Part shown: positions 19,206-29,449 of the stretch, one piece after another
Layout of the letters: each line of letters opens with the position of its first letter
How positions within the stretch are numbered: position 1 is the stretch's first letter
Assembly: GCA_001775995.1 (NCBI GenBank)
Contig: MEZH01000004.1
Location: forward strand, 44,456-108,455
Direction: 5' to 3'
DNA: 64,000 nt
DNA from: Candidatus Bathyarchaeota archaeon RBG_16_48_13
Lineage (GTDB): Archaea; Thermoproteota; Bathyarchaeia; RBG-16-48-13
Translations under genes and position numbers: made by a program
Notes under the pieces: generated by a model
The model's input: only the letters and a program-made list of their open reading frames with translations
What the model was told of the DNA's origin: nothing
Database searches by the model: none

Positions 19206-22200
19206 GTCCCAGTATAGCCCCCAACGATCTCCTTTTCCACAGCCGAGGGCAGATTAATGGATGCAATATGTGAGTGCCCGCTTTGGATGAAGACCCCAAA
19301 AAGCCTTTCTGCTCGGGCAACCACGACATCTTTCAGAGTTATGACCACGAACTGTGACATTGCTGATCGGTCTTTGAGAAGGTTTGCGAGCCGCTCAGCA
19401 TTAATAGGGTCTAGTGAGGCGTCAATCTCATCGAAGAAGTAGAACGGCATGGGCTTGAAGGAGTGAAGTGCGAAGATGAATGAGACTGCTACCACGGACT
19501 TCTCACCTCCGCTAGCCCCGCTGATCAAGCGTGGAGCCTTACCCGTAAACTGTGCAAATACGTCGAGGCCGCCACTAAAGGGATCCTCTGAATTCTGGAG
19601 CTGGAGCCAAGCATTTCCTCCGCCTGTAATTAGAGTGAAAAAACTCTGGAAACTTTCGCTAATCTTCAGGTAAGCGTCCATGAAGGCATTCTTCTTTTTT
19701 CTCTCTATCTCCTCTACGAAATCTAGAATTGAGCGCTTCTCTCGTTCCAGCTCGTTTATTCTGATGGAGAGCTGTTTGTAGTTGCCTATTTGTTCAACGT
19801 ATTGCCTGATAGCCAATTGGTTTACTGAACCCAACTTTTCGAGTTCGAATCGGACAAGGTTAAGAATCATATCAATGGTGTTAGCCACTTCGGGTTCAAC
19901 TTCGAGAGGTCTTTGGTAGCCAAGGGACATTAGTTGCTCTTCCATAAATCTCATCTTGGCAACCTTGCCTTGTAGGTCGAGTTCCAACTGATGGTACGTG
20001 TTGCTCAGAGGCTCATAAGTTGTGTTCGTGGATCTGAGTCTCCCGTCAATCTCGGCTAATTCCTCTTCAAAGCGATCTTTTTCCTTCCTGACTGAGGAGA
20101 GAATTGCGGTTAGTCGCTCCTGTTCTTTCTTCAGGTCTGGAAGCCGCTGCTCAGCGGTCTTCATGGAGCTTGTAGCTTCTTCGATACGCGATTGCAGGCT
20201 CATTATCTGCTTTTCAAGAGACCTGATCTCTATCTGGGCTCTCTCAAGCTCAGGTCTATACGTTATCTGGAGACTGTTCTCTAAGATGTTCAGTTCACTA
20301 TCGATTCTGGAGAGGCGTTCTTGGAACGAGCTAACTTCAGATAAATGAATGGATTTTTGGGATTCCAGCTTTGATATGAATGACCTTTTCACTCCTAGGG
20401 CTAGTCTCCTTTGCTCTTCCAGCAACTGAGCCAGACGTTTATCGAACTCAGCTTTCTTCTTCTTTATATCAGCTTCATCGGATTTTTCTTTCTCAATAGA
20501 TCTTCTGAATTTTTTGACCCTCTTATTTGCTATTGAGACGTTTCTTGCGGTCCTGGATATGCTTTCCCTAAGGGTGCTGATCTCTCGATCCAAGGCTTCG
20601 AGGAGGGCTTCTCTCCTGATTTGATCCTGGCCAAGCTTCTCCACCTCACCAGCCAAGCTCTCGGTCTCGTTCCTTCTTCTCTCCAGAAGGCTCTGGAGAA
20701 CATTCACAGTATCATCCAGGTTCGTGAGGGAGACATCGCTTGGGATAAGTGAGAGAACATCCACGGGCGTCCTGTAGTAGCCGCTGACAAGACCTCCTCC
20801 CAACTCATAGATATCGCCGCTGAGTACGACCGTTCTATATCCTAGCTTTGATGCTATCAAAGCAGCTCTCTGGTTCTGGGCTATTAGGGTGTCACCAAAA
20901 ATGAATTTTACGGCTGGTGAATATTTCTCAGGGAAATCAATAAAGTCCAGTACCTTTCCAAGTATGCCCTCCATGACAGGAGGCTCAACAATCTCAGGGT
21001 TCTTTGAAAGATCTTGGAGCGGGATCAGCTTTATCTGGCCAATCTTGATTCTCTTCAGGCTCTCAATGCACTTGGCAGCCGTCTCCAGATCCTTGACTAT
21101 GACACTGTTCATCCACCCGCCTGCAGCGGCATCCACGACCGATTCATAGCCCTTTTTGGACTTCACGAACTTTCTGAGCCGCCCGTATATGTCCGGAATT
21201 GCCCCGGCTTCTCCCATATCCTCAATTTCCTTCAGGGCTTTCTCCTCTGAAGCAATATTATCAACGAATTCTTTCTGTGCATGGAATTCCGTCATAGACG
21301 CTCTAGCTCTGGATGCGATCCGATCAGCTTCCAAGAGTTCTTGTCTTGTGGTCTCTTTCGACAGAGATTTCTGCGCTATCGAATCCGACGCTTCTTTCAA
21401 GGAGTCATCTTCCTTGTCTCTTAGGGCACCGATCTCTTGGAGATGAATCTTAAGATCCTTGAACGCTTCCTCGAATTCGGACCGTCTTAACTCCAGATTA
21501 TTCAAATTTTCTTCGAGTATCTTGTAACGGGTTGCGCTGCCTTTCAATGAGGAATTGATCTTCACTAGTCGTTGATTTATATCATTTATTTCTTCTTGCG
21601 ACTCTTCTCCCTTACCCTCTTTATTACTCAGTGATTGTTTCAGTTCCGCCTCTTTCTTGGACATTTCCTCAAGGGATGAACGTCCCTTTTCATACTCTGG
21701 AAGGAGATCATCACGCTCCTTATGCAAGACCTTTATTCGCTTAGTTTTTTCATCTATGTCAACTTTTATAGAGTTGATCTGCTCAGATCTCCCCTCTCGC
21801 ATCTTGATTAGAGCTCTTAGACTTATGCCTCCCGACTCTATCTCATTCTTTAGCGCTGTAATCTGAGAAGAGAGCTCGCCCATGGTTCTCTGAGCCATGA
21901 AGAGTTGTTCACCCCCCTTGGCCGAGACTTCCTCATCGAATTCTCTCCTTTCGGACTCCAGCTGATCCCTTCTTGACTCAAATTGTTCTCTTGCTTTTTT
22001 GAGTTCCTCGATCTTGTCTTTTCTCAAAGCGATATTTCTATTGAGTTCGTCCAGATCGCTCTGGAGAGATTTCATTTTGAGAGAGAGCTGTATGGCTTGA
22101 GACTTCTTCAACTCTGTCTGCATGAAGTTGTACCGGAGCGCATCGTTCCTCTCTCGCTCGAGGCTTTGAACCCTATTCTGAACCTCTTCTATCCTAGCAC

Positions 22201-22780
22201 CCGCGATCTTTAGGTTGAGATCGGCTTGCTGGAGTTGTATTTGAGCCTCTGTCTTTTTTGCTTCATAATCAGCTATTCCGACAAGGTCTTCTATCATTCT
22301 TCGCCTTTCTTCAGGCGTGATATCTGCCAGTCTCGTGATGGTGTTTTGCGGCACCATATTGAAGCCACTGGCTGAAATTCGCGCCATGTTCAATACATCC
22401 AAGAGTTGATTTCTGGACACTTTCTTGCCATTAAGGCGGTAGATGCTTTGACCTGTGCGATCGACCTCTCTGGAGATTGTGACGGGGTTTGTATCCACGG
22501 GTATCTGTCGGTCCGAGTTCTCAAACTGGATGGATACTGTGGCCCTTTCAGGTTTCTCTAATCCTTGGGCCCCGTCGAACAAAGCCTCAGAGAATTTTGA
22601 AGCCCGAAGTTCCCTGGGACTTGACTCACCGAGGACAAAACGTACTGAATCCAGTATGTTGGATTTTCCGGATCCATTCGGGCCAGTAATGACTGTTAGA
22701 CCTTTGTCCAAGGATACACTGATCTTTCTAGGGCCAAAAGATTTGAAGCCTCTAAGATCTATCTTCCGTATATAGACCAG
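19202..22780 (-). CDS. smc: Chromosome segregation protein SMC (~1192 aa, apparent CTG start)
   Basis: N-terminal YIRKIDLRGFKSFG lies upstream of the track start; Walker A GPNGSGKSN, hinge, signature SGGEKS, Walker B/D-loop FFDEIDASLD; an in-frame TAA precedes CTA-CTG at 22780. Confidence 0.93.
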   Translation of the reverse strand: MVYIRKIDLRGFKSFGPRKISVSLDKGLTVITGPNGSGKSNILDSVRFVLGESSPRELRASKFSEALFDGAQGLEKPERATVSIQFENSDRQIPVDTNPVTISREVDRTGQSIYRLNGKKVSRNQLLDVLNMARISASGFNMVPQNTITRLADITPEERRRMIEDLVGIADYEAKKTEAQIQLQQADLNLKIAGARIEEVQNRVQSLERERNDALRYNFMQTELKKSQAIQLSLKMKSLQSDLDELNRNIALRKDKIEELKKAREQFESRRDQLESERREFDEEVSAKGGEQLFMAQRTMGELSSQITALKNEIESGGISLRALIKMREGRSEQINSIKVDIDEKTKRIKVLHKERDDLLPEYEKGRSSLEEMSKKEAELKQSLSNKEGKGEESQEEINDINQRLVKINSSLKGSATRYKILEENLNNLELRRSEFEEAFKDLKIHLQEIGALRDKEDDSLKEASDSIAQKSLSKETTRQELLEADRIASRARASMTEFHAQKEFVDNIASEEKALKEIEDMGEAGAIPDIYGRLRKFVKSKKGYESVVDAAAGGWMNSVIVKDLETAAKCIESLKRIKIGQIKLIPLQDLSKNPEIVEPPVMEGILGKVLDFIDFPEKYSPAVKFIFGDTLIAQNQRAALIASKLGYRTVVLSGDIYELGGGLVSGYYRTPVDVLSLIPSDVSLTNLDDTVNVLQSLLERRRNETESLAGEVEKLGQDQIRREALLEALDREISTLRESISRTARNVSIANKRVKKFRRSIEKEKSDEADIKKKKAEFDKRLAQLLEEQRRLALGVKRSFISKLESQKSIHLSEVSSFQERLSRIDSELNILENSLQITYRPELERAQIEIRSLEKQIMSLQSRIEEATSSMKTAEQRLPDLKKEQERLTAILSSVRKEKDRFEEELAEIDGRLRSTNTTYEPLSNTYHQLELDLQGKVAKMRFMEEQLMSLGYQRPLEVEPEVANTIDMILNLVRFELEKLGSVNQLAIRQYVEQIGNYKQLSIRINELEREKRSILDFVEEIERKKKNAFMDAYLKISESFQSFFTLITGGGNAWLQLQNSEDPFSGGLDVFAQFTGKAPRLISGASGGEKSVVAVSFIFALHSFKPMPFYFFDEIDASLDPINAERLANLLKDRSAMSQFVVITLKDVVVARAERLFGVFIQSGHSHIASINLPSAVEKEIVGGYTGT

Positions 22781-22847
22781 TAGTTATCCACCCGCCCTAT
22801 AAATCAGGATCTCGGTCTAGCAATATTCTCCTATTCCTAGATATGTT

Positions 22848-23405
22848 TTATTTCCCTTTTTTTAATCCTAAGGCCTGAAGACCGTATTCCCGGGGCATGA
22901 GTCTAGGAGCCAAGGCCATCAGGACGGCTGCTTCCACGAGTTCTTCTCTCATGATTTTACCTCTCGAGACAAAACCTATGAGTCCCATTGATTTCCCAAC
23001 ATTCTTTATACCCACCACTTTCTCGAAGGCTGCGTCCAATTCGAGATTTTCTCCAAGCACAGTGGAAAGAACCCTCGGAGGAAGCTCAAATGCAGGACCA
23101 ACACCGAGGGTCTTGCCCCCTTCCCGGTCAATTATGATAGCGACATGCTGGTCGAGGTACCTTGAGAACCATTTTATTAGGCCCGCTTCCACTCCTACGC
23201 CCAAATCAGCATCAGGTCGTTTGATCAAAGCTCCAGAAGCTCTCTCAAGAGCTCCTTTCACAGTTTCGTTGATCCCAATGGGCTGGTCAGTAACGGACGT
23301 CTTAACATCTACTCCAATTATTTCAGCGTCGAAGTTGAACAACTGAAAAGCCTTTTGAACCGCGCTTAGCTTGATCCTGTTCTTAGATCCCACTATGACC
23401 AGCAA
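22848..23405 (-). CDS. yjjX: Non-canonical purine NTP phosphatase (inosine/xanthosine triphosphatase, YjjX/DUF84)
   Basis: VGSKNRIKLSAV, VTDQP, GVGVEAGL, GLIGFVSRG. Confidence 0.85.
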   Translation of the reverse strand: MLVIVGSKNRIKLSAVQKAFQLFNFDAEIIGVDVKTSVTDQPIGINETVKGALERASGALIKRPDADLGVGVEAGLIKWFSRYLDQHVAIIIDREGGKTLGVGPAFELPPRVLSTVLGENLELDAAFEKVVGIKNVGKSMGLIGFVSRGKIMREELVEAAVLMALAPRLMPREYGLQALGLKKGK

Positions 23406-23418
23406 GAGACGGCGCCTC

Positions 23419-24933
23419 TCATGGCAAGACTGTTCTGATCGTCGGGATCAAAACATCTGTTACTAGGGCAGGGTATATGCCAAGAATTAACGCGACTACC
23501 ATCAGAAGTATCAGGGGCACCATCATGAGAACTGGGGGATCCTTGGCTTCTTCCATGTGATCGGCGAGAGGTCCAAAGAAAATTCTCCTCACGGTCCAGA
23601 GACCGTAACCCGCGGTCAAAACACTGGAGAAAATTGCAGATATGGCCACGATCAGGCGCAGCACAGATCCAGTTGTCATAGCACTAGCCACAACGCCAGA
23701 GAATAGCAGCCACTCTGACTGGAATCCGCTAAGAGGGGGTACACCAGCAATGCCCAAGAAACCTATTAGAGCGGCTAAGGCAGTCAGAGGCATCTTCTTG
23801 GCAAGTCCCCCGAGCTTTCCTATGCTGCGAACTCCATGCGTCCGGTATATTATTATGCCCGCCACTGAGAAGAGAATACACTTGGACAAGCCATGACTCA
23901 CATAGTGAAAGATTGAACCTGAAATTCCAAGTGAGGTAAATGAGGCTAAGCCCAAAAGGAGGTAACCCATCTGACTTATGCTGGAATAAGCCAAGAGACG
24001 TTTTATGTCGTCCTGGGCAAGAGCCATCAGACCTCCGTACACCATTGTTACAAGGGCCCAGATGAATAGGATGTCAGAGAAACTGTTAAACACCCCACCG
24101 AAAGGCGTTATCACGAGCCTCACAATTGCGTAGGCCCCCAGACCTATCATAGCAGGGCTCAACAAGGCACTTATTGGCGTTGGGGCTTCCGCGTGAGCAT
24201 ATGGAAGCCACACGTGGATTCCGAAGACCGCCATCTTGACAAGGAAACCCAGAAGAAGCGCAGCCGACACCCAGGCTGCCAGTTGGGGATTGGCAGAGGC
24301 CAGGATATGCATATCAGCTATCTCGAAGCTTCCCACTACTGGAAAAATCGCCAATATGCCAGCCAGTACAGATAGGGCACCTATATGAGTCCACAGGAAG
24401 TACATAATACCTATCCGCTCTTTTTGGCCGTAGCCGAAGGTGCTAAGAAGGAGCCAAGATGGTATCAACATCAACTCATAGAATAGATAGAACTCTACAA
24501 GATTGGTGGCAAGGACTGTCCCGACCATGCCTACCGTATACAGAAGATACATGGAGAAGTAGATTGAGTATGCAGTATTATCACCACCTTGTTCGTTGAT
24601 CTTGTGCTCAATGTAAGGCATCGAAAAAAGAGTGGTTACAAGACAAAGGAAAACTATCGTCAAGGCCAGGGGTAAACTTATCCCATCAAGAAGGAAACCG
24701 AAATTGAGCCCCGCGATTGGGGCCCAGAGATATTCCTCGGTCACTCGACCTTGGCTCAGTACACTCGGGGCAGAAAAAGCCAGTAACGCAGTCGCATAGG
24801 CAAGAGGGATGAGAGCTACATAACCCACATTCTTGCCCATCCTTCTTCCAAGCAGATACACGAGTGGTACGAAAACAGCCGGGACCAAGAGAACTTGCAG
24901 AAGAGACGAAGGGATGGGATTCAGTGAACTCAT
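23419..24933 (-). CDS. nuoM: NuoM-like antiporter subunit of the complex I-like hydrogenase
   Basis: LDGISLPL, FYLFYELMLIP, VKMAVFGIHVWLPYAHAEAPTPISALL, LLAYSSISQMG. Confidence 0.88.
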   Translation of the reverse strand: MSSLNPIPSSLLQVLLVPAVFVPLVYLLGRRMGKNVGYVALIPLAYATALLAFSAPSVLSQGRVTEEYLWAPIAGLNFGFLLDGISLPLALTIVFLCLVTTLFSMPYIEHKINEQGGDNTAYSIYFSMYLLYTVGMVGTVLATNLVEFYLFYELMLIPSWLLLSTFGYGQKERIGIMYFLWTHIGALSVLAGILAIFPVVGSFEIADMHILASANPQLAAWVSAALLLGFLVKMAVFGIHVWLPYAHAEAPTPISALLSPAMIGLGAYAIVRLVITPFGGVFNSFSDILFIWALVTMVYGGLMALAQDDIKRLLAYSSISQMGYLLLGLASFTSLGISGSIFHYVSHGLSKCILFSVAGIIIYRTHGVRSIGKLGGLAKKMPLTALAALIGFLGIAGVPPLSGFQSEWLLFSGVVASAMTTGSVLRLIVAISAIFSSVLTAGYGLWTVRRIFFGPLADHMEEAKDPPVLMMVPLILLMVVALILGIYPALVTDVLIPTIRTVLP

Positions 24934-24934
24934 C

Positions 24935-26974
24935 TCAGAACCTCCCGAAATTCATTAACATTAGGATTATGAAAAGAAGAGCCAGAACGACTGCAACCAT
25001 GTTGTAGGATAGAACGCCCGTTTGAAGTCTCTTGAACCTGTTGTATAACCCGATCATGAGGCCGGGTAAAATAATGTTGAAGGCGCGGTCGATGACTCTC
25101 GTCTCAAGAGCGTCGTATGTTTTCCGGCCGAAGGCTATCACATTGTTCACGAACAATCTGTAATAGAGACTGTTGATATGCCACCTGTTCCAGAAGAAGC
25201 TGGACAGGTTCTTGAGGAGAGGGTTCTTATCTACTATGCCCTGAGAATCTGCTCTCCGTCTCACATAGAGGAGGTAGGCGGGAATGCCACCTATCATAAG
25301 CATTGCCAGAGAGAGTGATAGGGCCAAGTAGAAGGGAGGGATTATTGGCGAAGCTATGATTGACCCCGAGGATTCAACCGTAACTAATAATTTACTGAAG
25401 ATATCTTTCAGATGGTCTTCTAAGAAGGGCCCACTCAGTCCTATCACTATTGTTCCCAGAGCCAAAGCTCCATACGGAATCCACATGATCTTCGGTGACT
25501 CGTGCACATGATGACCTTCCCTCTCCATCTCTTTCAAATGCAAGCTGGGCTCCCCAAGAAATGTCCTGAAGATCATCCTTAGCGTGTAAAAGAAGGTCAT
25601 AGCCGATGTAGCCAGGGCCACGGCAAGTAGTCCATATTGACCAGCTTCAATAGCTGAGACTAATATGGCATCCTTGCTCCAGAAGCCGCTGAGAGGAGGA
25701 ACGCCAGACAGCGAGAGTGCGGTTATTAGCATGAACCAGAATGTCTTCTGCATTTTTCCTCTTAATCCACCTGTATCCGTCACATATATGGAGTGGGTTG
25801 CATGAATTATTGCGCCCGCAGCCAAGAAGAGTGAGGCTTTGAAAACAGCGTGGCTCAGCAGGTGAAAAATGCTTGACACATATCCTTCCACGCCTTCAGC
25901 CGTCAAACCCGCGATGCCCAGCGCGAGCATCATATAGCCAATTTGGCTTATGGTTGAGTAAGCGAGGATCTTCTTTAGCTCCAGTGCGACTATGGCCTGA
26001 GTGGCTGCCATAATGGCCGTGAAGGCGCCTACCCAAGCTAACACCACGAAGAAGTTCATGAACTCTGTGTAGCCTAACCAGTAGGCTGTATGGAATATGG
26101 GGAATACCCTGGCTATGAGATAGACTCCTGCGTTCACCATGGTGGCAGCGTGAATAAGGGCTGAGACAGAGGTCGGACCCGCCATAGCTTCGGGTAACCA
26201 TTCATGAAATGGAAATTGAGCCGATTTTCCAAAGGGCCCACCAAGGAAGAGTAGGGATACCAGGGTTATTAGACCAGGAGTATTACCTAGGGCGCTTATC
26301 CATTGAGTCGAGCCTTGAAGCTCCGTGAAGCTGAATGTCTTTGAGTACACATATATAATGAAGATGGCTACTAGGAGGGCCGCGTCACCAACACGAGTGA
26401 TTATGAAGGCCTTCATTCCGCAATGCGATGGGGGGTACGCTGGAGTTGGAGCGGGTCCTCCAACCCAGTGCTCACGTTCATCGCTGTACCAGAACCCAAT
26501 AAGTGCATAGCTGCAAAGTCCTACCCCCTCCCAACCTATGAGAAGCTGAATGAAGTTGTCTGACATCACAAGAAGCAGCATGTTCGCTATGAAGAAGTTC
26601 ATGAGGAACCAGTACCTGGTTAGACCTGATTCACCTTTCATGTAGCCTATGGAATACACCATAACCGCGAAACTGATTATGGAGACTACATTGGCCATGA
26701 ATATGCTCAAGGGATCCACCAATAGTCCGAACCTGAGCTCACTCAAACCCAAGGCGGAGAGGGAAGGAAGCCATTTGGCCTCTTCATGGATTGTGATACC
26801 CAACAATAGTTCAGGGATCATAGAAACTGCCATGACAACTGCCGCGAAAGAGAAAGCCAAGGCAACTCCGTCTCTCAGTTTCGATGAGAACTTGGACGCT
26901 ACAATGGAGATCAAGGCTCCTGCCAAAGGCAGAAACCAGACGAGCCACGGTGCGTAGGGAAGCATCAGAGACAC
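24935..26974 (-). CDS. nuoL: NuoL-like antiporter subunit
   Basis: GWEGVGLCSYALIGFW, GKSAQFPFHEWLPEAMAGPTSVSALIHAATMV, HAVFKASLFL, long C-terminal extension. Confidence 0.9.
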   Translation of the reverse strand: MSLMLPYAPWLVWFLPLAGALISIVASKFSSKLRDGVALAFSFAAVVMAVSMIPELLLGITIHEEAKWLPSLSALGLSELRFGLLVDPLSIFMANVVSIISFAVMVYSIGYMKGESGLTRYWFLMNFFIANMLLLVMSDNFIQLLIGWEGVGLCSYALIGFWYSDEREHWVGGPAPTPAYPPSHCGMKAFIITRVGDAALLVAIFIIYVYSKTFSFTELQGSTQWISALGNTPGLITLVSLLFLGGPFGKSAQFPFHEWLPEAMAGPTSVSALIHAATMVNAGVYLIARVFPIFHTAYWLGYTEFMNFFVVLAWVGAFTAIMAATQAIVALELKKILAYSTISQIGYMMLALGIAGLTAEGVEGYVSSIFHLLSHAVFKASLFLAAGAIIHATHSIYVTDTGGLRGKMQKTFWFMLITALSLSGVPPLSGFWSKDAILVSAIEAGQYGLLAVALATSAMTFFYTLRMIFRTFLGEPSLHLKEMEREGHHVHESPKIMWIPYGALALGTIVIGLSGPFLEDHLKDIFSKLLVTVESSGSIIASPIIPPFYLALSLSLAMLMIGGIPAYLLYVRRRADSQGIVDKNPLLKNLSSFFWNRWHINSLYYRLFVNNVIAFGRKTYDALETRVIDRAFNIILPGLMIGLYNRFKRLQTGVLSYNMVAVVLALLFIILMLMNFGRF

Positions 26975-26975
26975 C

Positions 26976-28490
26976 TTACAGAGGTATTATTCTTCTTACA
27001 TACTCTCCAATTTGCAGAAGGGAGCCCGCCGCATTCTGGCTAAATTCGAACAAGGGCCCAGGCCATAAGCCGAAGATCGTGATGAGAGCGGCCATTGCAA
27101 TCAATACCATCAACATTGAGGGGGGGACCTCTTTAATGCGCGAGATATCCTTCTCCGGTTTTGCCAGAAAGATTGTTTGTATCACTCTGAGATAGTATGC
27201 CATAGACAATCCGCTATTCAGGATGCCGGCTATTGCAAGCACGGGCATGCCTCCCTCGAAGGCTGACAAGAACAGAGTGTATTTGCTTATGAAGCCACTA
27301 AAGGATGGAACACCCCCCAAAGCTAGCAAAGATATGGATAGGGAAACAGATGTTACCGGCATTAAGCGACCTACGCCTTTTAGGTTAGTGAGCTCTCTGG
27401 ATCCGAGCTTATAAATCAGGGCGCCTGCGCTTAAGAAGGCAAGTCCCTTCATGAGAGAATGATTGAAGACATGCATGAAGAGACCTGTTAGTCCGTCAAT
27501 ATTCGCCTGTGATGACCCGGGTGTGCCAGCAACGGCGAGCCCGATGAGCATGTATCCGATCTGGGAAATACTGGAGTAGGCCAAAAGACGTTTCAAATCC
27601 TTCTGGAGAAGCGCCATGATGTTACCTGTGGTCATGGTGACTATTGCAAGGACAGCTATCAAAATATCCCAACGGAACTGAAGACTGAACATAATGATGA
27701 AGATTCTACAGAATCCGTATAGCCCGGTTTCGATGAGGACCCCTGACAGGAGAGCGCTTATTGAGCTGGGAGCCTCCGAGTGAGCGTCCGGCAGCCACGT
27801 GTGCAATGGAACTATGGCGGTTTTTATACCAAAACCTACAGTGATCATTGCAAAGACTATCATTAGCCAAGGCGTTGGCGCAGCATTGAGCAGGGATTGA
27901 GAGAGCGACGCCAAGTTGAGTGTCCCTGTAGCTCCGTAAAGAAGAGAGAGAGCGAAGAGTATGGTTCCCGCGCCGAAGGAGCTTATGATCAGATATTTGA
28001 AGCTTGCTTCCATAGCGGTTTTCTGGGTTTTCCGGAATGCCACCAAAACGTATGATGTGATACTCATGAGTTCCCAGAAAATGAACAATGTGAAGAAGTC
28101 ACCTGCCGAGACAACTCCCACCATTCCAGCTATCATTCCGAAGATCAGAACGTAATACTGGGGTAGGCCGGTTTCGTTCTCCATGTATCTTACTGAATAG
28201 ATGACCACGAATAACCCCAACAATAGGTAGATGGAAATCATGAAAATTGAAACCGAATCAACTTCTAATAAGGTGCCAAGGGTGGGAGCGATAGTTTTCA
28301 CGATAATGAAGCCATTGGCTGAGACGAGTGGCAGATCATACACCAAGAAGAAGAGGATTGTCGAAACAAAACCAATGACAGAGTAATATTGAACAAGATT
28401 CTTGACTCTAATCTTGGAGCTTAACCACCCGACGACTGCTGTCGATATCATAAAGAAAAACAGAACGTCAAGGGTCGCGGTAAACATCAT
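26976..28490 (-). CDS. nuoN: NuoN/MrpD-like antiporter subunit
   Basis: FIFWELMS, EASFKYL, IKTAIVPLHTWLPDAHSEAP, KRLLAYSSISQIGY. Confidence 0.85.
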   Translation of the reverse strand: MMFTATLDVLFFFMISTAVVGWLSSKIRVKNLVQYYSVIGFVSTILFFLVYDLPLVSANGFIIVKTIAPTLGTLLEVDSVSIFMISIYLLLGLFVVIYSVRYMENETGLPQYYVLIFGMIAGMVGVVSAGDFFTLFIFWELMSITSYVLVAFRKTQKTAMEASFKYLIISSFGAGTILFALSLLYGATGTLNLASLSQSLLNAAPTPWLMIVFAMITVGFGIKTAIVPLHTWLPDAHSEAPSSISALLSGVLIETGLYGFCRIFIIMFSLQFRWDILIAVLAIVTMTTGNIMALLQKDLKRLLAYSSISQIGYMLIGLAVAGTPGSSQANIDGLTGLFMHVFNHSLMKGLAFLSAGALIYKLGSRELTNLKGVGRLMPVTSVSLSISLLALGGVPSFSGFISKYTLFLSAFEGGMPVLAIAGILNSGLSMAYYLRVIQTIFLAKPEKDISRIKEVPPSMLMVLIAMAALITIFGLWPGPLFEFSQNAAGSLLQIGEYVRRIIPL

Positions 28491-28520
28491 TGGTTTCTCC
28501 GGTGCGGACGTGCCTTCATA

Positions 28521-28826
28521 TTACCATTTTAACTCTTTCAGTTCGCTAACATCGAGTGTCTTGTACCGTCGATATGCATAAATCGCGATAGCCAATCCCA
28601 CTGCGATCACACAGCTGCTAACGCCGATGGAGATTATGACGAAGGATTGAGCTAGGGGATCAGTGAAACCCTGAACTCGATAGGCCGCAAAGGCTATGAA
28701 ATTCAGGTCTGCAGCGTTGACGATGATTTCGATGCCAATGATCAATTTAATCAAATTCTTCTTTGTTACCAGGCAATATAGCCCTATAAAATATAGAGCC
28801 AATGAGCCTGCGAGGAAGAATTCTAT
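28521..28826 (-). CDS. nuoK: NuoK/MnhC-like subunit (start uncertain: ATA 28826 or TTG 28874)
   Basis: Three TMs, IGLYCL..KKNLIKLIIGIEIIVNA; 101 aa from 28826 matches usual NuoK length. Confidence 0.8.
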   Translation of the reverse strand: MEFFLAGSLALYFIGLYCLVTKKNLIKLIIGIEIIVNAADLNFIAFAAYRVQGFTDPLAQSFVIISIGVSSCVIAVGLAIAIYAYRRYKTLDVSELKELKW

Positions 28827-29113
28827 GGAGAGCGTAGATCTTCCTCCCTCTCTCCTCTCACCATAGCCAAGCAACAGGCCGCCGCTCCAAAGAGCACGAG
28901 GGCCAGCAGAATCAGATCAAGAGGCCGGAAACTCCAGAGAAAATTTGCTAGCATTTGACCCAGGTTGGGCACATCTATCCTTAAGAGTTCACTCGGAGCG
29001 CTCGAATATTCAAACAACGGAAACGTGTATCTTGACAACAGGGAGACTATGAAGGCCCCAAAGAGGACTAGAAATGTCAGTCCTAAGGCCAGAACTCGAT
29101 CAACTTTTGGCAT
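28823..29113 (-). CDS. NuoJ C-terminal-half-like membrane subunit
   Basis: LGQMLANFLW.FRPLDLILLALVLFGAA resembles the C-terminal half of NuoJ; between nuoJ-N and nuoK. Confidence 0.65.
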   Translation of the reverse strand: MPKVDRVLALGLTFLVLFGAFIVSLLSRYTFPLFEYSSAPSELLRIDVPNLGQMLANFLWSFRPLDLILLALVLFGAAACCLAMVRGEREEDLRSP

Positions 29114-29354
29114 GAATTCCTCCTCCGAGCATTATTGCCGCAATGAAAAGAACTATCACGGCACCAGCGTAGACCAAGATTTGGAAGAGTGCCGGATAGG
29201 GCGCACTTAGCAACCAAAAGAGGGCCCCGATCGTGATGCTCATTCCGCCAAGAGCTACAACTGAATGAAGAAGGTCAGGAAGTTCCACAACCAATATGGC
29301 CAGAACTATAGAGGCAATTATCAGAATTAGGCTAAGTAATTCTTCCACCCACAT
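29100..29354 (-). CDS. nuoJ: NuoJ N-terminal-half-like subunit
   Basis: DLLHSVVAL, LLSAPYPALFQILVYAGAVIVLF; start re-assigned to ATG 29354. Confidence 0.78.
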   Translation of the reverse strand: MWVEELLSLILIIASIVLAILVVELPDLLHSVVALGGMSITIGALFWLLSAPYPALFQILVYAGAVIVLFIAAIMLGGGIHAKS

Positions 29355-29435
29355 TAATTGAAATCTTCCCATCGAAACTTGATAGCCCACTGTTAAATTA
29401 GGAATATTAATAAACATTTTCACATACTCTTTGAC

Positions 29436-29449
29436 CAAAAAGCTTTAAG
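29436..29449 (+). promoter_or_regulatory. BRE + TATA promoter of the nuoA-hydrogenase operon
   Basis: CAAAAAGC-TTTAAG ending about 42 nt upstream of the ATG at 29492. Confidence 0.55.
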
